Of a DNA stretch of 64,000 nucleotides, positions 12,164 to 26,097 are shown piece after piece. Position 1 is the stretch's first letter; each line of letters starts with the position of its first letter. The stretch is from Massalongia carnosa (Eukaryota): positions 1,116,001 through 1,180,000 of the forward strand of contig OZ287078.1 of NCBI GenBank assembly GCA_965645245.1. The letters are read 5' to 3'. The notes under the pieces are model-generated. The model was not told the DNA's origin and searched no databases. It saw only the letters and a list, made by a program, of their open reading frames with translations. A program made the translations under genes and the position numbers.

Positions 12164-13135
12164 TCAACCATCGTCTTCATTCTCACTATCCTCCCTCTCT
12201 CTCTGACATCTGCTCGGTATCTGCAACTCTTCTCCATCTTTGATTTCGAATATATATGTTCTCGCAGCCCTTTCCTCGCCCTTCCAGCCTCCATCTCCTT
12301 TGATATTTCCAACTGTCCTAGCATGCTCGTACCCAGGATATACACCTGACTGAAACCTGAAGCTCATACCTACTTTAAGTCCGACATGTCTTGATAGATC
12401 CCGCACATTCCACAGTTCGTACGGCTCACCCTCGAACAAAGTAAGGATTATCGATCCTGAAGGCGCAAGCAAAGGAGCTGCGGACTTGAAGAACCCTACA
12501 AGCAGTTCTACACACAAGTCTCGATCAGTCTCTCTTGTATCCTCTAGCGGATGGTGTAATTCTCTTATATTCGAAAACTCCGTTAGGAAACATCGCGCAC
12601 AACCTACCTTGATTATGTCGTACTTGTCTGTTCACGTCCTTTGTCAATCCGCCTACATGTGGAAAGTTGAAAACTATACGATCAAACCCCCTCACCCTTC
12701 TCATTTCTTTTCCCCCACCGCCGGGCTTACCGAGCTTTGTCGCATCGACGCCATACAGCACTTTTGTATCATCTTCGGCTTCGAGGGCAGCGATGTGCGC
12801 GGCTGCTTGGGGGTATTTTTCCAATAGAGCAGATTGGCTGTCCAAACACGTCGCTACCAAGAACGTGCAGGCATGGTGCTCCAGGAGGGAGTGTGAGAAG
12901 GAGAAATTCCCTGTAGAGACACCAGAGACGTATATTAGCTAGATTTCAAAGCTTATCGACAGAGCGGAGCCATGCGCTAACCTTCGCCAACTAGGAGGAT
13001 GCGGTTAGAGGGATCGAAGGGTATGCTTGCGGGGGTTGGCAAGTTGTGTTTATTATTTGGAACGGAAGTTAGTGCAGATTTGGAATAAGGTCGCGAAGAG
13101 TGGTGTTGTACTCTATGTTTCTTTGCTTTCCCCAT
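12164..13135 (-). CDS. BMT5: 25S rRNA uridine-N3 methyltransferase Bmt5-like (DUF2431)
   Basis: RILLVGE|GNFSFS, YGVDATKL, FDRIVFNFPHVGG, RQVRHNQ|ELLVGFF and YPGYEHART. ATG at 13135, two introns. Confidence 0.88.
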
Positions 13136-13388
13136 TGGAGGGAATATGGGAAGTATTTGGGGTAGAGAAGGACTAGATTTTTATTTTTGGACGGGCACTT
13201 GGGAAAAGTTGAAGAAATGACTGCCGGCGGTAAAAGGTTTTGCCGAACCAATGTTGTTGAGTCAATCCCGAGGTACTCTGTAATAAAAGCTTTTTGACTC
13301 ATTGTTTCTTACTGCATTATAAATTACACTTGTTCAGCGTAAGACGGTTCCAACACAGTTACTTAAACCTCTCATTCCTTCCTCAGAA

Positions 13389-14039
13389 ATGATTTTCCGC
13401 CCATCAATAATGTCTTTACCTTCATCTCACGTTGTCCGAGAAACCATCATCTCTAAAGTCCCGGTGCTGATCGCCTCACTTGGGAACCCTCCACCAACCT
13501 ACAGCAACACCTTTCACTCCGCCGGCCATACCCTCCTCTCCTCCCTCCTATCAGCCCTTAACCACCCCCCCCTCACCCGCTCCCGTACGCTCAGCAACGG
13601 CCTCGTCTCTGCCGGACCTGCCTTCACGCTGTGGCAATCCCCCTCGCTCATGAACGTTAGCGGGCCGCCCCTCGCCGCGGCCTGGCTCTCTTTCCTCCGT
13701 GGCCTGCCCTCAGACGAGGAGCGCAAGGCTGCGCGCCTGGTCGTGCTGCACGATGAGCTGGAAAGCCCGCTGGGGCGTATCAAGGTCAAGGTCGGGGGGA
13801 GCGTAAAGGGGCATAACGGGCTCAAGAGCTGCGTGAAGGCGCTTGGGACTAAGGGGTTCGTGAGGGTGGGAGTGGGCATCGGGAGACCCGAAAGCAGGGA
13901 GCCTGCCGATGTGAGCAGGTATGTGTTGAGGAGGATGAGGGCGAATGAATTGGAAGTTGTGACGGGCGGAGTAGGGGAGGTGGTAGCTTTGCTGGATGAG
14001 CTGAGTGAGGGTGCGGGCGAGAGGAAGAGCGTGTATTAA
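13389..14039 (+). CDS. PTH1: Peptidyl-tRNA hydrolase (Pth1 type, probably mitochondrial)
   Basis: LIASLGNP, SLMNVSG, LVVLHDELE, GHNGLKS and RVGVGIGRP motifs. Confidence 0.92.
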   Translation: MIFRPSIMSLPSSHVVRETIISKVPVLIASLGNPPPTYSNTFHSAGHTLLSSLLSALNHPPLTRSRTLSNGLVSAGPAFTLWQSPSLMNVSGPPLAAAWLSFLRGLPSDEERKAARLVVLHDELESPLGRIKVKVGGSVKGHNGLKSCVKALGTKGFVRVGVGIGRPESREPADVSRYVLRRMRANELEVVTGGVGEVVALLDELSEGAGERKSVY

Positions 14040-14510
14040 GATTCTTGGGAAGGGGGTTTATGAGGACCTTGAACTCGGCGAAACCGTCTTCAGGCAACGG
14101 ATTTAGGAAGATAGTATCCTCACCCATGATCGAGGCCCAAGCCGATATTCTAGGTACGTAAGAACCTTTATTTCTCAGTTTTACACTTTCATGGCGCTTT
14201 AGCATCAATCCGCCCTTCCCCAAAACCGCTTTTTCCATTTTCGCCATACGTAATATCCTCACCCCCCCCCCCCCCCTAACTGACCTTTCCCATTTCCAGC
14301 TCCCATCAGGGGCCCTAAAGCAAGCAGAACGTGCCCCGCGCAACCACGCCCCAAAGCCACATTTTGCTGCGAATATGGATACCTATGTATCCATCCCCCA
14401 AAACGGAAGTCATCACCGTACTATGCAAATCCCGGGTCTCCCTCCCTGCCCCCTTCTTCTTTTCTCTCTCTCTAGCTACTTTAGCAAACCCCAACTCTTT
14501 CGGAATCCAT

Positions 14511-14554
14511 TCCATCCATCCATCCATCCATCCATCCATCCATCCATCCATCCA
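14511..14554. repeat. (TCCA)11 microsatellite
   Basis: Perfect tetranucleotide run read directly. Confidence 0.95.
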
Positions 14555-14633
14555 CCGACCCAGAGACACAGATGGACGGACGAATCCCGTTTACTTGGTT
14601 CTACAGGAAGCTTTTGTGGGTGTGTATGTATGT

Positions 14634-14655
14634 GAGAGAGAGAGAGAGAGAGAGA
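14634..14655. repeat. (GA)11 microsatellite; a short (CCAGCT)n run follows at ~14715-14737
   Basis: Read directly. Confidence 0.9.
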
Positions 14656-15402
14656 CGTTTCTCGGAATTGGGATTTGGTTATGCATTCCATGTAGGAAAA
14701 CGACCCGGCCAATTCCAGCTCCAGCTCCAGCTCCAGCCTCTCCTTCCCTATCACCACCGGGTTATGCGTGGATTTGGCCATGCGAGTCGCTGCCGAACAT
14801 TGCGTTCTGTACGTAGGTGCGAGATAGGGGGTGCGCGGATGTGTGTGGGCTTGTTTACCTTACTTGTATGTAGGTAGGGAGGTGGGGACGTATGTGTGTG
14901 CGTGCGTGCATAGTAGAAAGAGAAAGAGAGGCATAAGAGTGCCACATCACATCTCATTGTTAATGCGGGCCAAGTTCCCCCTACTTCCCTCTGCCTCCTT
15001 CTCTACCTATCTAATTATCTACCTCCCTCCATCCCTGCTTACCTACCTCTGCCCATCCTAGCCTCAACTAAGGGAAAGAGGACCCTCCCTTTTCCCCCGG
15101 GCCAATCAGCCAGCCAGTAGCATCATTACAGCTTAAACCCCAACCGATACCTATCTCTCTCTCCCCATCCACCTCCCCGTATACCTTCCTTATGGCCATG
15201 GCCATGGCCAGCGGCAGCCAAAAAGGGGGAAAGGAGCAGGAAACCAAATCTTAGCAAGATTTATGCATGTATGTACGTGAATCGAGGAGATGGGTATCTC
15301 CGTCGAAGACTCCTCCTTTCTCCCTAGAACTCCTTCCCAGCAAAGAGCTCCGATGATGGCTTAATTCGAAAAGAAAAAGAAGAAAAAAGCCAAACAGGGC
15401 CC

Positions 15403-17099
15403 CTATGGCTGCACGAGTTTCTCTACCGTTTCGAGGAGGATATCGGCTAGAAGCGGGCAAAAAGAGTTAGTCAGCGTCGACCGAACGAAGAGTTTCTATC
15501 AATCGTCTTGCGTCTTTCCTTCCTTCCTCCGTTGCAAGCTTTATTTTCGCTTCCGCAGGAAAAAAGAGAGAGACCGTTAAGGGGAAAAAAGGTCGGAACT
15601 GGAACGGAAAAGAACTCACCATGCCTCTTCCCAAACACCAACATCGGCCTCAACCGCACCGCCCTCTCCCCGCTACCACCAATATTCACCCCCAACTCCT
15701 TCGCCCGCCGCACCAACTCATCCCGCCGCGGACTATCCCATGCGATAAATGTACCCTTACCTCTCAAATTGATAATCTCCCCTGGAAACCGTTCCGCGAG
15801 CGCCTCCAGCCCACGATGTAGATGCTCGCCTACGACGCGCGTGTGCTGCACCAAGTTAAGCCGCTCGATCTCGTGGATGATGGCGCGGAAGAGAATGGCT
15901 CGCGCGGGGTCCCCGAGCCAGGTGTTGAACTGGCGGTACGGTTTCGTGGGGCGCAGCAAGGGGTTGCCGTAGTACCAGCCTGCGGCTTGGGCTTTTTTGG
16001 AGAACGTGACCATGTCAGGCGGGTCTTGGAGATCCCAATGCTCATGGGCCCAGAAGGCACCTGTGGCGCCGATGCCGGTTTGGACCTCGTCGACGATCAG
16101 CAGGACGTGGTAGCGGCGCGTGAGAGCGCGCAGGCTACGGAAAAAGGCGGGGGACGCGTGGTTGTCGCCGCCTTCTGATTGAATAGGCTCGACGATAACG
16201 GCGGCGACGGGATGGGGAAAGGTCTTGATCAGACGCTCCGTTTCCGCGAGGCAGCGGGTTTCCTCGTCGGCGTTCTCGCGCGCGTGGCTGGTGAGGGGAT
16301 ATTGAAGATGGGGAAAGGGGGCTTGGGGCCAGTTGAAGGCAGGGATGTCAAGCTTGTGGATCGGCTTGCTACGCGTGGTGGAGAGGGAGCCAAAGAGACG
16401 GCCGTGAAAGGCGGAGCGGAAACTGAGGATTGAGAGGTCTGGGGAGCCGGGCGGTGCGTTGTTCATCGCACTAGCAACCTCTTCCGGGGTGAAATCCACG
16501 TCCTCACCACGCTCTTGCCGCCGCCGATACATGAACGCGGCTTTAAAAGCTGTTTCGACCGCATCAGACCCCGTCGTCGCGGTAAACACTTGGTTCAGCC
16601 CTTTCGGCGCGACTTTGAGCAGCCCCGTCCGCAAGATCTCAGCCCAGTCGTGCTGCGGGAAATTCCCCAGCGCGGGACGATTGACGAGCGCGCTCGCCAT
16701 CTCAGGGGACGAAGCAGCAGCCAGCAGCGCGGGGTTATTGTAGCCAAGCGCGATGGAGGCGATTTGCGCGTATACGTCCAGTAGCAGGTTACCATCAACG
16801 TCCGCAATGTAATTTCCCACGCTGTCATTATAATTAGCGAGCAAGCTTACGCTGCGCGTGTCAAAGACCCCGTCAAGATCTTGGATGGCCTTCTGGCCGA
16901 GGGGGCCGGGAATTGCGGTTAGGACCCGAGGGATTTCAGGTTCATTGGTGAAGAAGGTCTGATCCATGGTCCAGGAATCGGGTAGCAACCTGGCTCCTAG
17001 GCTGGATGCTAGTCTCGTGGCAGCGGTGATGATGAGTTGAGAATTGGGTAATCGGGCCCTAGGTCGAAGGCGCAACGGAATTCGTAGCAATGAGGTCAT
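15403..17099 (-). CDS. UGA1: 4-aminobutyrate (GABA) aminotransferase with a likely mitochondrial presequence
   Basis: LDVYAQIASIALGYN, AFHGRLFGSLSTTRSK, IVEPIQSEGGD, DEVQTG and VTFSKK (PLP lysine). The N-terminus MTSLLRIPLRLRPRAR is Arg-rich. Intron 15447-15619; last exon ADILLETVEKLVQP*. Confidence 0.95.
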
Positions 17100-17560
17100 G
17101 ACTGAAGGAGACGAAGGCAGTTGAACGAAAGATCGAAGGAGCTTGTAGAGGCAATGTAGTCGTCCTTTGATGGAGGTTGTGTTTGTGTGGCCAAAGGGAG
17201 TCAGGACGAGCGAAGGGAGGGTAAAGTGGGGGAGAGGGTTTCCAGCTACGTCAAAACCGTGCGTCATTGTGCATTAGGTAATCATCCTTTGCACCACACG
17301 CTTGGTTCGTGTAAACATTTTACATGCACAGCTGACGTGCCAAGAGTGATAAGGCTGATTCTAGTATCAAGAGGGGCAAGTACATCCACGCCTCTGGCTT
17401 GCGCTCAGAGGCTACACAAGGCTCCAGGTTATGAGATTGCTGATAACATGCTTCGACTAATGATTAGATCGAGATAAATGCCGGCAAAGCAGCAGAAAAT
17501 GCTGTGACCTAGGTCGAATTATGTAATCATATGTGGCATGGTTGGGTGGGTGGTGAACGC

Positions 17561-20500
17561 TTAAGAAGCATTGCGCACTTGCAGCTGCTGAACCCGCTCC
17601 AAGTGAATTCCCGCATACGATGAATCTTGGTGCTCGGTCGGTTCACTTTCCGACTCATTCGGTGTCATGTCGGACGCCTCGAATACGGAGGGGCTTTGGG
17701 TGTTGTCAGAGTTCGATCGTACGTGGCTGCGAAATGGCTCGGTGATGGTAAAGACCATGGGAGGCGGTGCTGGATCAATCTCCATTACCGGCGAGCCTCT
17801 TAGCAAGGTAGGTTCGTTCGTCAGATCATAGCCATGTCCATCAGGTTCAGCATCCTTCATCAATCGATCCAATGAGGTGGCCGGGTCAGAGAGCGTTCCT
17901 TCCAGAGGCGGGGGTGGCGGTGGAGGCGGCGGAGGTGGTGGTGTCTCGGATCTCATTCGCTTGCTGGGTGTACCGTCCTCATCGTCTACTTTCGTCCCGG
18001 TGCTATCGTGCGAACCCTCTCGCTTCCGTTTTAGCCCGTCGCCGTAGGTAATCTGGTCCGTCGGGGTATCAGGCGTAGCCGAACCGCACTTCTCCTTCTC
18101 AACCTCGTCCTCTAAGAGGTCCATTCCGGGCTCCTCATCACTCTCATCCTCCTTCTTGACATCTAGATTGGCGGCTTCTTTACTGGGATCAGCACCCATT
18201 CCATTCTTCTCTTTTCGCTCCGCCTTCTTCTTTTCGTGATCTCTTCGCTTAGTGGCCGCTTTATCAAAGTACTCCTTCACATGTTGCTTAACTTGCTTCT
18301 CCTTTCGGGAAGTAATGCGTGTGGGGTCGTCAACGCGATGATTCTTGTAATCCGAGTTGACAAGTTTCTTCGAGATCTGTCACGGGGTTAAACTTCTTCA
18401 CTCTATTTCATCTGTTTGCTCCGGCTCACTTACTTCCTTTGCAAACCGTTTGAGGTCATCTTTTGGAAGCTTGGTCTTGAACTTGGCCATCACGTATTTC
18501 ACATGAGGAGACAACTTGAATGGATAAGCCCTCCTGACCCGAGCTTTGCAGCATAGGAATGCTTACCGTGTTTTCATAAAGCTTCTTCTGCTTTTCCTCG
18601 CTCATGGACCGCCATTTCTCTTTTCCATCGTTTTTGCCAGTCTTCCCTTCATTCGCACCAAGAAGGGGTGTAGCGGAGCCAGATGCCTTGTCTTTTGGTT
18701 CGTAAGGCTTTCCCTTGGTAATTGAGTTGATGATATCCTCCAAGGCTTGGTTCGTGGAGACAGGTCTAGGAGGTGGTGGTGGCTGTGCGGCTGGCATCGT
18801 TGGTCGTGTCCACGTTGTTTGGCCAGTGGCGCTGTAGTAGTAAGTACTCCCACCCGAAGTTGCAGGAAACCATCCTGGAGGTAGGCCATTGTTGAACGGC
18901 CTTGGTCGATAAGGAGGCCGTGGGCCAGTGTAGAATGCAGCATTTCGCTGGGGCACATTGGTACGAGGACCGCTCGGCGCTGCTGGGCCTCGTGGGGCGT
19001 CAATTGATCGAGATCGGGAGCGAGATTTTGCCGGAGACGGTGATTTGGAACGTCCCTTGCGCTCCTCGCGCCCAGACTCTCGTCGCCCAAAATGATCTGG
19101 CTTGTCTGAGGCAGCGGGGTTAAGTGGATCTCGCTTCTTTCGGGGAATCCGATAGGCTACCTCAAGGGTGCTCCATACCTTCAACAAGGCAATGGCTTGC
19201 GATTCAACTCGCTCGTCCTCACAATCCTTCAAACTTTCAACGGTTGATTCTATATTGGAGTCGCTGATCTTGTTTCGAGTCAGGCGGGGGAACTGGCTGA
19301 GAATATCCAAGATTTGCAGGACGACGTTAAAATCTTCTTTCCAAAGGGCAAGTGCCGATCTCAGGATTTGATAGCCATGCATTTTAACCACCCGGTTGCG
19401 GACCCGTTCATCATCACAACGCTGTATACGCCCAAGTAGCTTGACGGCGATCCATTTTTCTTTGCACTGATTAAGAGTGGCCATGACTTTGGTGACACCA
19501 TCCTCATCCAGCAACTTGGGCTGCACATTGTTGACGTATTCTTCATCATCTTCACCCACCTTCTTCTTCCGAGGCTTCTTCGCGACAGCGGTGTCCCAAC
19601 CATCCCCATCGTCAATACCCAGCGCTTCAATCGTGGTGTTGGACAACTTTGTAGCGCGTTCCGTTTGAGTTTTTCCGCCGATAAACCCTGTGCAATTAAG
19701 TTCGCTGCAGTAGCATGGCTGTGGGTCGGCCCCATACCGGTCAACATTGTAGTTGAAGACCAGTTCTTCGCCTGCTTTGATTTTGCGCTCGGCAAATATA
19801 CCCATGCGGAGTTTATCGCCCACCACCCACTTGTCCACATAACAGTTTGGGTTGCAGGAGTGATTGCAGAATCTGCCTAAGTTACCCTTTTTAGTTGCAT
19901 CGACAAATTCGCCTTTGCTAAGAGACATGAAATAGAAATGTTTGATGCCTTCTTCATCATATTGAATCATACGTCGACGAAAATGGCCCTCGTTAATGAC
20001 TTCACCAACATATTCATAGATGAAATCATTGGCATGTAAATCAACGTCAGCTCGTAAACCATAGCCCTTTTTCGCTGTTTTGATAACGGTGACATTAGCA
20101 TACTGCTGTTGCTGAAAGCGTTGGTTTTGGCAGTCTGCCCCACAACCGCAGTCGCCGATGCACTCCATCTTGGTCGCACGATTGATGCAGTCCGAGTCGT
20201 CGCCACACGCCATATTGGCTTTGATTGAGCTGTCTAGACAAACATATCAGCAGAAATCCTATGTACAGTGTGAGAGTAAATGCCCCAAGCCTTACCCCAT
20301 TCCTCCGAGCAGTCGCACTCCATTGCGTGCTCCGTAGAGCCAATGGACTTTGATGCGTAAATGCATGCCGAAATTACTTGAAAGGATTCTTTGGCCTCCT
20401 CTGTCTTGTCTGCATACGAGTCGAATAGTTGAGCAGGTTGAGCTACAGATTTCTGGGAGGGAGCGCGAGCAAGCTTAGGTGGATGACCGGGCTCCAATTT

Positions 20501-20758
20501 CACGACAGCCTCGGCGCTGGTTTTTTTTTCATAATTTTCTTTCATTGTGTCGGACGATCGTGAAGTCCTCTCGGACTTCACGGGTGATCGTGTCGTAGAG
20601 TTCGAGCGGGACGGTCTTGGTGAGTTGGCTTCATCCTGAACCTGATCTGTCTGTATCCTTCCCGCAGCGTCCTGGGAGGAAATCCCATTTTTTAGTGTCA
20701 TTGCCTTCATCCTAGCATTGACTAATGTAGATTTCTGTAACTTCTCCCTATCCTCCAT
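17561..20758 (-). CDS. SET2: Histone H3K36 methyltransferase Set2
   Basis: AWS cysteines, SET domain ([26 protein letters not shown]), post-SET CYC...C, WW domain (LPPGW...TTWTRP) and SRI region. Three introns. The ATG at 20758 is inferred. Confidence 0.96.
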
Positions 20759-22457
20759 TACAGTAGGGCCTATACTAGTAGCAGGAAAAGCGTGGTGTAG
20801 GAGTTGGAAATGATGATTTACAGACGGAGGTGAATTTAGCGATAGATGAGCCCGCCCAGGCACATGCTGCTGGCACCCAATCAACGTCACCCTACACCGA
20901 AAATGGTTTCCACCACTGGAGATCTTTTGATTGACCGACTTCGCGACTCGTGATTTTGCAGGTCTCCACCCGCTGCCGCCGTCTATCACAGGGTTGGGGG
21001 AAAGGCGTGGATGGAGTTGGTGGGTAGATGGAAGAGGTTGGAAAATAGGGTTCGAACGAGGGTCATCAAAAGGCGCGCAACTGGCAACAGAGTAAAGAGT
21101 GAAGTGGAAGCTGCAAAAGAAGATCTGAAAAGACAAAACGTCTCCTTGGGCTCTTTGATATCTTGATATGGGTCCCAGTCCTCTTTCTAAATATTTTCAT
21201 ATACCCACGAATCCAAGTCACTCAAGCGCGAAGTTCTCAGCGATGGCCCGAAGTCACACGACCACGCCTGTGTTTTTGAGTCAAGTCTCTATTGCTTGGG
21301 CCATTTGTAGGTAGGTTGGACAGACAGTAGAGCAAGATGGTTTAGAGACCTATGCGGATTAGGATTGCGGCTTCGCCAGCCAAGTAAGCAATTCGGCCGG
21401 CAAGTGCCGCACTAAGCATCACAAATGAAGCCTGAAAGACATGTGTTATATTCGCCTTTGACATTCTAAAATACAGGAACACCGCTGAACAGGATGATGG
21501 ATAGGTCCGCACTGCGCTGGTTGCTTTGAGGAAAATTCGCAGATTTATGAGACAAAATAGACAGCTTCCACATGCTCTGCCGGGACAAATTGGCGACCTA
21601 TAAGCCCTGGACGCTTCGCACATTCAATCTACCTTATGTAGGTTTCTTTTTCTTCATTGTCCAAACCAAATCGAAGTTTTTTAAATTGCCAAAACTGCCC
21701 ACAATCCCGTTAAGATAAGGTTTGGAAAACATGTAGATGACGGGCAGAAACATCCTTCCGTATTCTGTAATAAATGCAGTGGGCTCTGTACTTCTGTTGG
21801 TAGGTACCTACCAACCTAGGCGCCATACAAACCAGCAACATACGTCAGTTCCCTGTAAACAGCACTCGCATCCCCATACTTATACGACCAGGAGTCAGAT
21901 AGGCAGTTGCTTACCCTACCCCCTTAGATAGTACCTGGGAAGTAATATTTCGTAGAAAATCGACGTGGCATATATGATGTGTTCCCAGGGGACTGGACGA
22001 CCGAGTTCTTGTAACCAAAGGATGAGATGGGTTTACAGGGCGCCGACGGTCGACTCGCAAGTACAAAAGATGCAGTTATCCCCGGTGGTCGCGCGTCGCA
22101 ACCTATTTTCCATCACCCTTCCATTTGCACCGAAGAAGCAGAATCACCCTACGGTCAATCCTTCTGCTATCTTGCGTGCTCGGTAATATTTGTGTTTCCT
22201 TTGCCCAAGGTCCGCTCTCCGCGGCTTTTCGCTGGTAAGGATGCTGCGTTGCATTGATCCAGGTTAAGACGGCAGACGGGTGGTGGGAACAGGGGATGGG
22301 GACGGTCTCTGATTCGTCAGCGTGATGGACCAATAGCATGCCGTATGGGTATTGCAAGGTCCAGGTATCGATGGTAAAGTGGCCCTACGGATAGGCCCTA
22401 CTGATATGATTAGGGCTCACGGTACGATCGCCATTCAGGAGAGACGTTGAGGATGGG

Positions 22458-22582
22458 CGTGTGTGCGTGTGTGTGCGTGTGTGTGCGTGTGGGTGTGTGT
22501 GTGTTTGTGTGTGTGTGCGCGCGTGTCACCATTGCCATTGCCATTGCCATCACCATCGCCATCACCATCACCATCACTATCG
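22458..22582. repeat. Compound microsatellite: imperfect (GT)n followed by (CCATTG/CCATCA)n
   Basis: Read directly. It generates several spurious low-complexity ORFs. Confidence 0.9.
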
Positions 22583-23058
22583 CTATTCACACATCGCCAT
22601 CCAGCGTACATTCCCATATCAGGTACAAAGTACTCGGTCGGTACTCTGTACAGCGAAGGGAAGCTGTGGTGGGTGATGTGGAAGATCAGTCCTCCCCCCT
22701 GTCTGGCTGCTGTACGTGTCCCCGAAATGCAGGAGAAACTCGTTTGTCGGAAGTATTTTAAACATTAAAGGGGATTTTAGTTGACGATGATCCAGGTTCT
22801 TTTCTAAAACCGTTCCGACGGCGGATATTATCTCGTACAGACGCATGATCAGAACCCACATATCATACATATCATACATACCTCCTACGCACGGCGGCAC
22901 TTTACGATACCGGGACTGCGTACATAACAGATTGAGTTCCCAAAAGTTTTGCATCTGCAAGTCCCCAAAGTCGTGTGTCTGACCTTATCCTGCCTTGCCT
23001 TGCCTTGCATTGCATTTCTGCATCTCCCTTAGGGAAAAAGCTTGAGATTAAGTTCCCA

Positions 23059-23100
23059 ATTATCCCCATTATCCCCATTATCCCCATTATTCCCATTATT
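23059..23100. repeat. (ATTATCCCC)~4.5 nonamer tandem repeat
   Basis: Read directly. Confidence 0.85.
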
Positions 23101-23488
23101 CATTAATATTTGCTCGTTCATACTTTTTGCACGTTTAATCATCGATAATAATAAAATGATCTTCTCCCCATGCCCTCATTTCAACCAAATACCGTCCGTC
23201 GAGATAAAAAAATAATTAAATAGCCACGCACCTCCTCCCTTCTCGTTCAGTCGCCTGTTGCTCTCCCATCCCCCACCTTCTCATGACTTCTGTTCACCAA
23301 CGCTTAACGTGCACATGATCACATCACTCCTTTGTCACGCCTTTCCTAACGCGTTTCGTTCCACCGCACCTGGTTGTGTGTTGGACCTCACTGCCGCAAG
23401 CTACCGTTAATTGAATAACCGTCACTGTTACTTGATTCTCCATTCCACGTCCCCGCAGGCTCAACTCGGGAGGCCTGTCCGCGGTGAC

Positions 23489-24718
23489 ATGTCGTCCTTT
23501 CCTGACCAGCCGTTCGACGAGCGTGAACAAGTAAGTCACTTTCTTGAGCTTACGTGACGGCATGAGTCTGCTAGCCCTCCAGATAAGCCATGGACCACGA
23601 AGCTAACGGTGTGATGTTTAACAGCGTTATTTTCTTGCTGAAATTATCAAAGACTTACCAATTGCTCCCTTGGACCTTGTCACAATTATTAAGCAGGTTG
23701 GCATTCAGCCGAGGTGGACGGAGATTGCCTTGCCCAATGGTATGGAGCTGTCTCCTTTGTCCTTGAATCCTCCCTGAATCGAAGAGCGCCTGACTCAAAT
23801 GTTTTGGATGTTGACAGACTCATTGCCACCGGTGACGTGTACAGCCTGCTGATGGAATCTCAACTTTTAGGTCGCTCGGTATCCGCTTGTCAGAAGGCCT
23901 TTGAGCATCTCCTCTCGCGTTCGTCAACCGGCTATCCCATCTCATACCGGCCTGTGGAACCTCCCGAGCCAAAGGCATCACCCCCGAAGCCGAAAAAGCG
24001 TCCCTTTCGCAGTGGTCCCAGCGGTCCTGGTGGCGATGGGGTAATGGCGGTAGACCGGATAATCCAGCCGCGCATCACGGAATTCTCCTCTGTCAATGAG
24101 CCGTACAGTTCTCCTCACCCACCGCCACCACCTGTGGTTGCAGGTGAGCCGCCGAGGAAGAAACGTGGGCGTCCGAGTAAAGCGGAACACGAGCTACGGC
24201 TGGCTGAATACGCTGCACGAGGAGAACCTTATCCCGCGCCAAGGAAGACCAAAACCCCAAGGCAATCTGTCGAAGGATATGCGCCGACAGCTGTAATGTT
24301 CACGGCCGGGGGGCCGGAGATCGCCGAGGGTCCACCGGTTGCGACACCGACCACGATGGAAGTTGGGGAGGCAGGCATCAATTCTCCGGGGAAGCGGCGT
24401 GCGCAACCGGCGGGCGTAGAAACAGGGGCCAGGAACGTCGCGCACGAAGTTGGCGCATCGGGGGCAGATTCAACACAGCATGCACATGAATACGTGGCGA
24501 GGAGCGAAACCAACACACCTGCCGACCGCAGCGCCAGAACCACTTTACCAGAGGCTCGTCCCGGGGAGCTTGGTTACCAGGGAAATCTAATAGCTCAGAT
24601 GCAGGAGCATGCGACACGCGTGGAACCTGACCCCAGGAGAGGAATGGAGACCTCGCAGTCACGACATACTCCAGAGCACCGGGTTTGGGAAGCCTACCAA
24701 CCTCCCACTACAACCTGA
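23489..24718 (+). CDS. Fungal hypothetical nuclear protein with an AT-hook
   Basis: Spliced as MSSFPDQPFDEREQ|RYFLAEIIK...PRWTEIALPNG|RSVSACQKAF, with introns 23531-23624 and 23740-23870. Contains the AT-hook KKRGRPSK and a Pro-rich body. Confidence 0.75.
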
Positions 24719-25407
24719 TCGTTCGGTGGAAAGGAACAGGAGAGAAATCTTAGGTGTGACGACGATTTCATGATACAATGCACACACGGCCAATACGTGG
24801 GTGGATACAGTCCTGTACTTCCGAGCGTTCTTACAATATGCCTTTCACGCCTTTTAAGGAATTGATGATCGTTCAGCATGCGACGGTCATTCTAACATTT
24901 CTGTATTACTAATTGAGATATTTTCTTTCCATATCCGGCACATCCGTGGCTTGGATCTTCTCGATTTCTTGTCGACACTTCGTTGTGTCGACAATTGGGC
25001 TAGCCAAACTGTTTTTTTGGGCTGCTCATTCACGATGTACACCAGCTTTAGCTACAATCCCCATGACACGATGGGGGCTTTCAGACAGCCCTTCTATACC
25101 AAAATTTCCCTTTGTCCTCAAATCCTCTTCTCGTGCCCCTGGCACAATGTACCTTAATGGCAGAACAAGAATATTTCCTCGTTCATGTGTATAGAAGATA
25201 CCCTTGGTGAACATTGTGCACTTTCCTAATAACTTCTTGCAGCCATCTCACCATCCGCATGTCCGCGTCTTCTCCCCATGCTCAATACGGGAATCTGCAG
25301 GCTGGGGGAGGAGGCCATGATATTCGTTCTCGCGCATATAAACCACCTGACCGGGGCATAAATAGATAGGTAGATAGATACCTAGGACCTTTTACGTGTG
25401 TCTCTCC

Positions 25408-25409
<2 letters not shown>

Positions 25410-25467
<58 letters not shown>
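25410..25467. repeat. (GT)29 microsatellite
   Basis: Perfect dinucleotide run read directly. Confidence 0.95.
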
Positions 25468-25470
<3 letters not shown>

Positions 25471-26097
25471 CGTGTGTATGTGTATATGTATGCATGTATA
25501 CCCCACGTAGTTATTTCCCAGCGGCTGCCCACTTACCTACCCTCTTTACCGTGAACGATTGTCGTTCGTTCTCCGGAAAACATCCCTCCAATAGAAACCT
25601 CCCCCCTTCCCCTATCTATATATAGCATGGATTTTTAAGTTACCTACTTCTTTTACTCGCTGCCGGATATCCACGTGGTTGCCCGACCAATCACCACCTT
25701 TGCCTTACGGTTCCCTCGCTGGCCAATGGAGGGCAGAGGGAGGAAAAGGGAAACGAGGAGTTCTCCTTTTTTTTTGCTGACGTAATGGAATTAGGGTAGT
25801 CCATGGCATGGCATAGGTAGGTGGGTAATGTATGTGGAAGGTAGCTAGAATTCTGGGGAAAGGGAGTCGGGTCAATAGATATCTTTTGCCTGCCTGGCTG
25901 CCTGGGGGGTATATTCTCTATCCACATATCCTCCTCCTCCTTTCCTCGAACAAGAGAAAAACAAACCCCCGCATGCATACACACACGCGCGCACGCCCCT
26001 ACACACCAACCCAACCAACGCCATGGAAATATGCCTACGCTCATCAAAACCAAGCCGGAAAAAAAATATGAGAAACCAAACTGTCGGCTCATCACCG

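Noticed and set aside
14315..15061. Cluster of overlapping ORFs (MDGWMDGW..., ERERER...)
   Set aside because: These are translations of (TCCA)n, (GA)n and (CCAGCT)n microsatellites with no protein-like content.
15508..16828. Long antisense and alternate-frame ORFs over UGA1 (likewise over ESS2, ureF, CWC2 and COQ8)
   Set aside because: These are shadow ORFs expected from GC-rich codon usage in real genes.
22435..22768. His/Cys/Val-rich ORFs resembling metal-binding peptides
   Set aside because: They arise from the compound (GT)n/(CCATCA)n repeat and appear in all frames.
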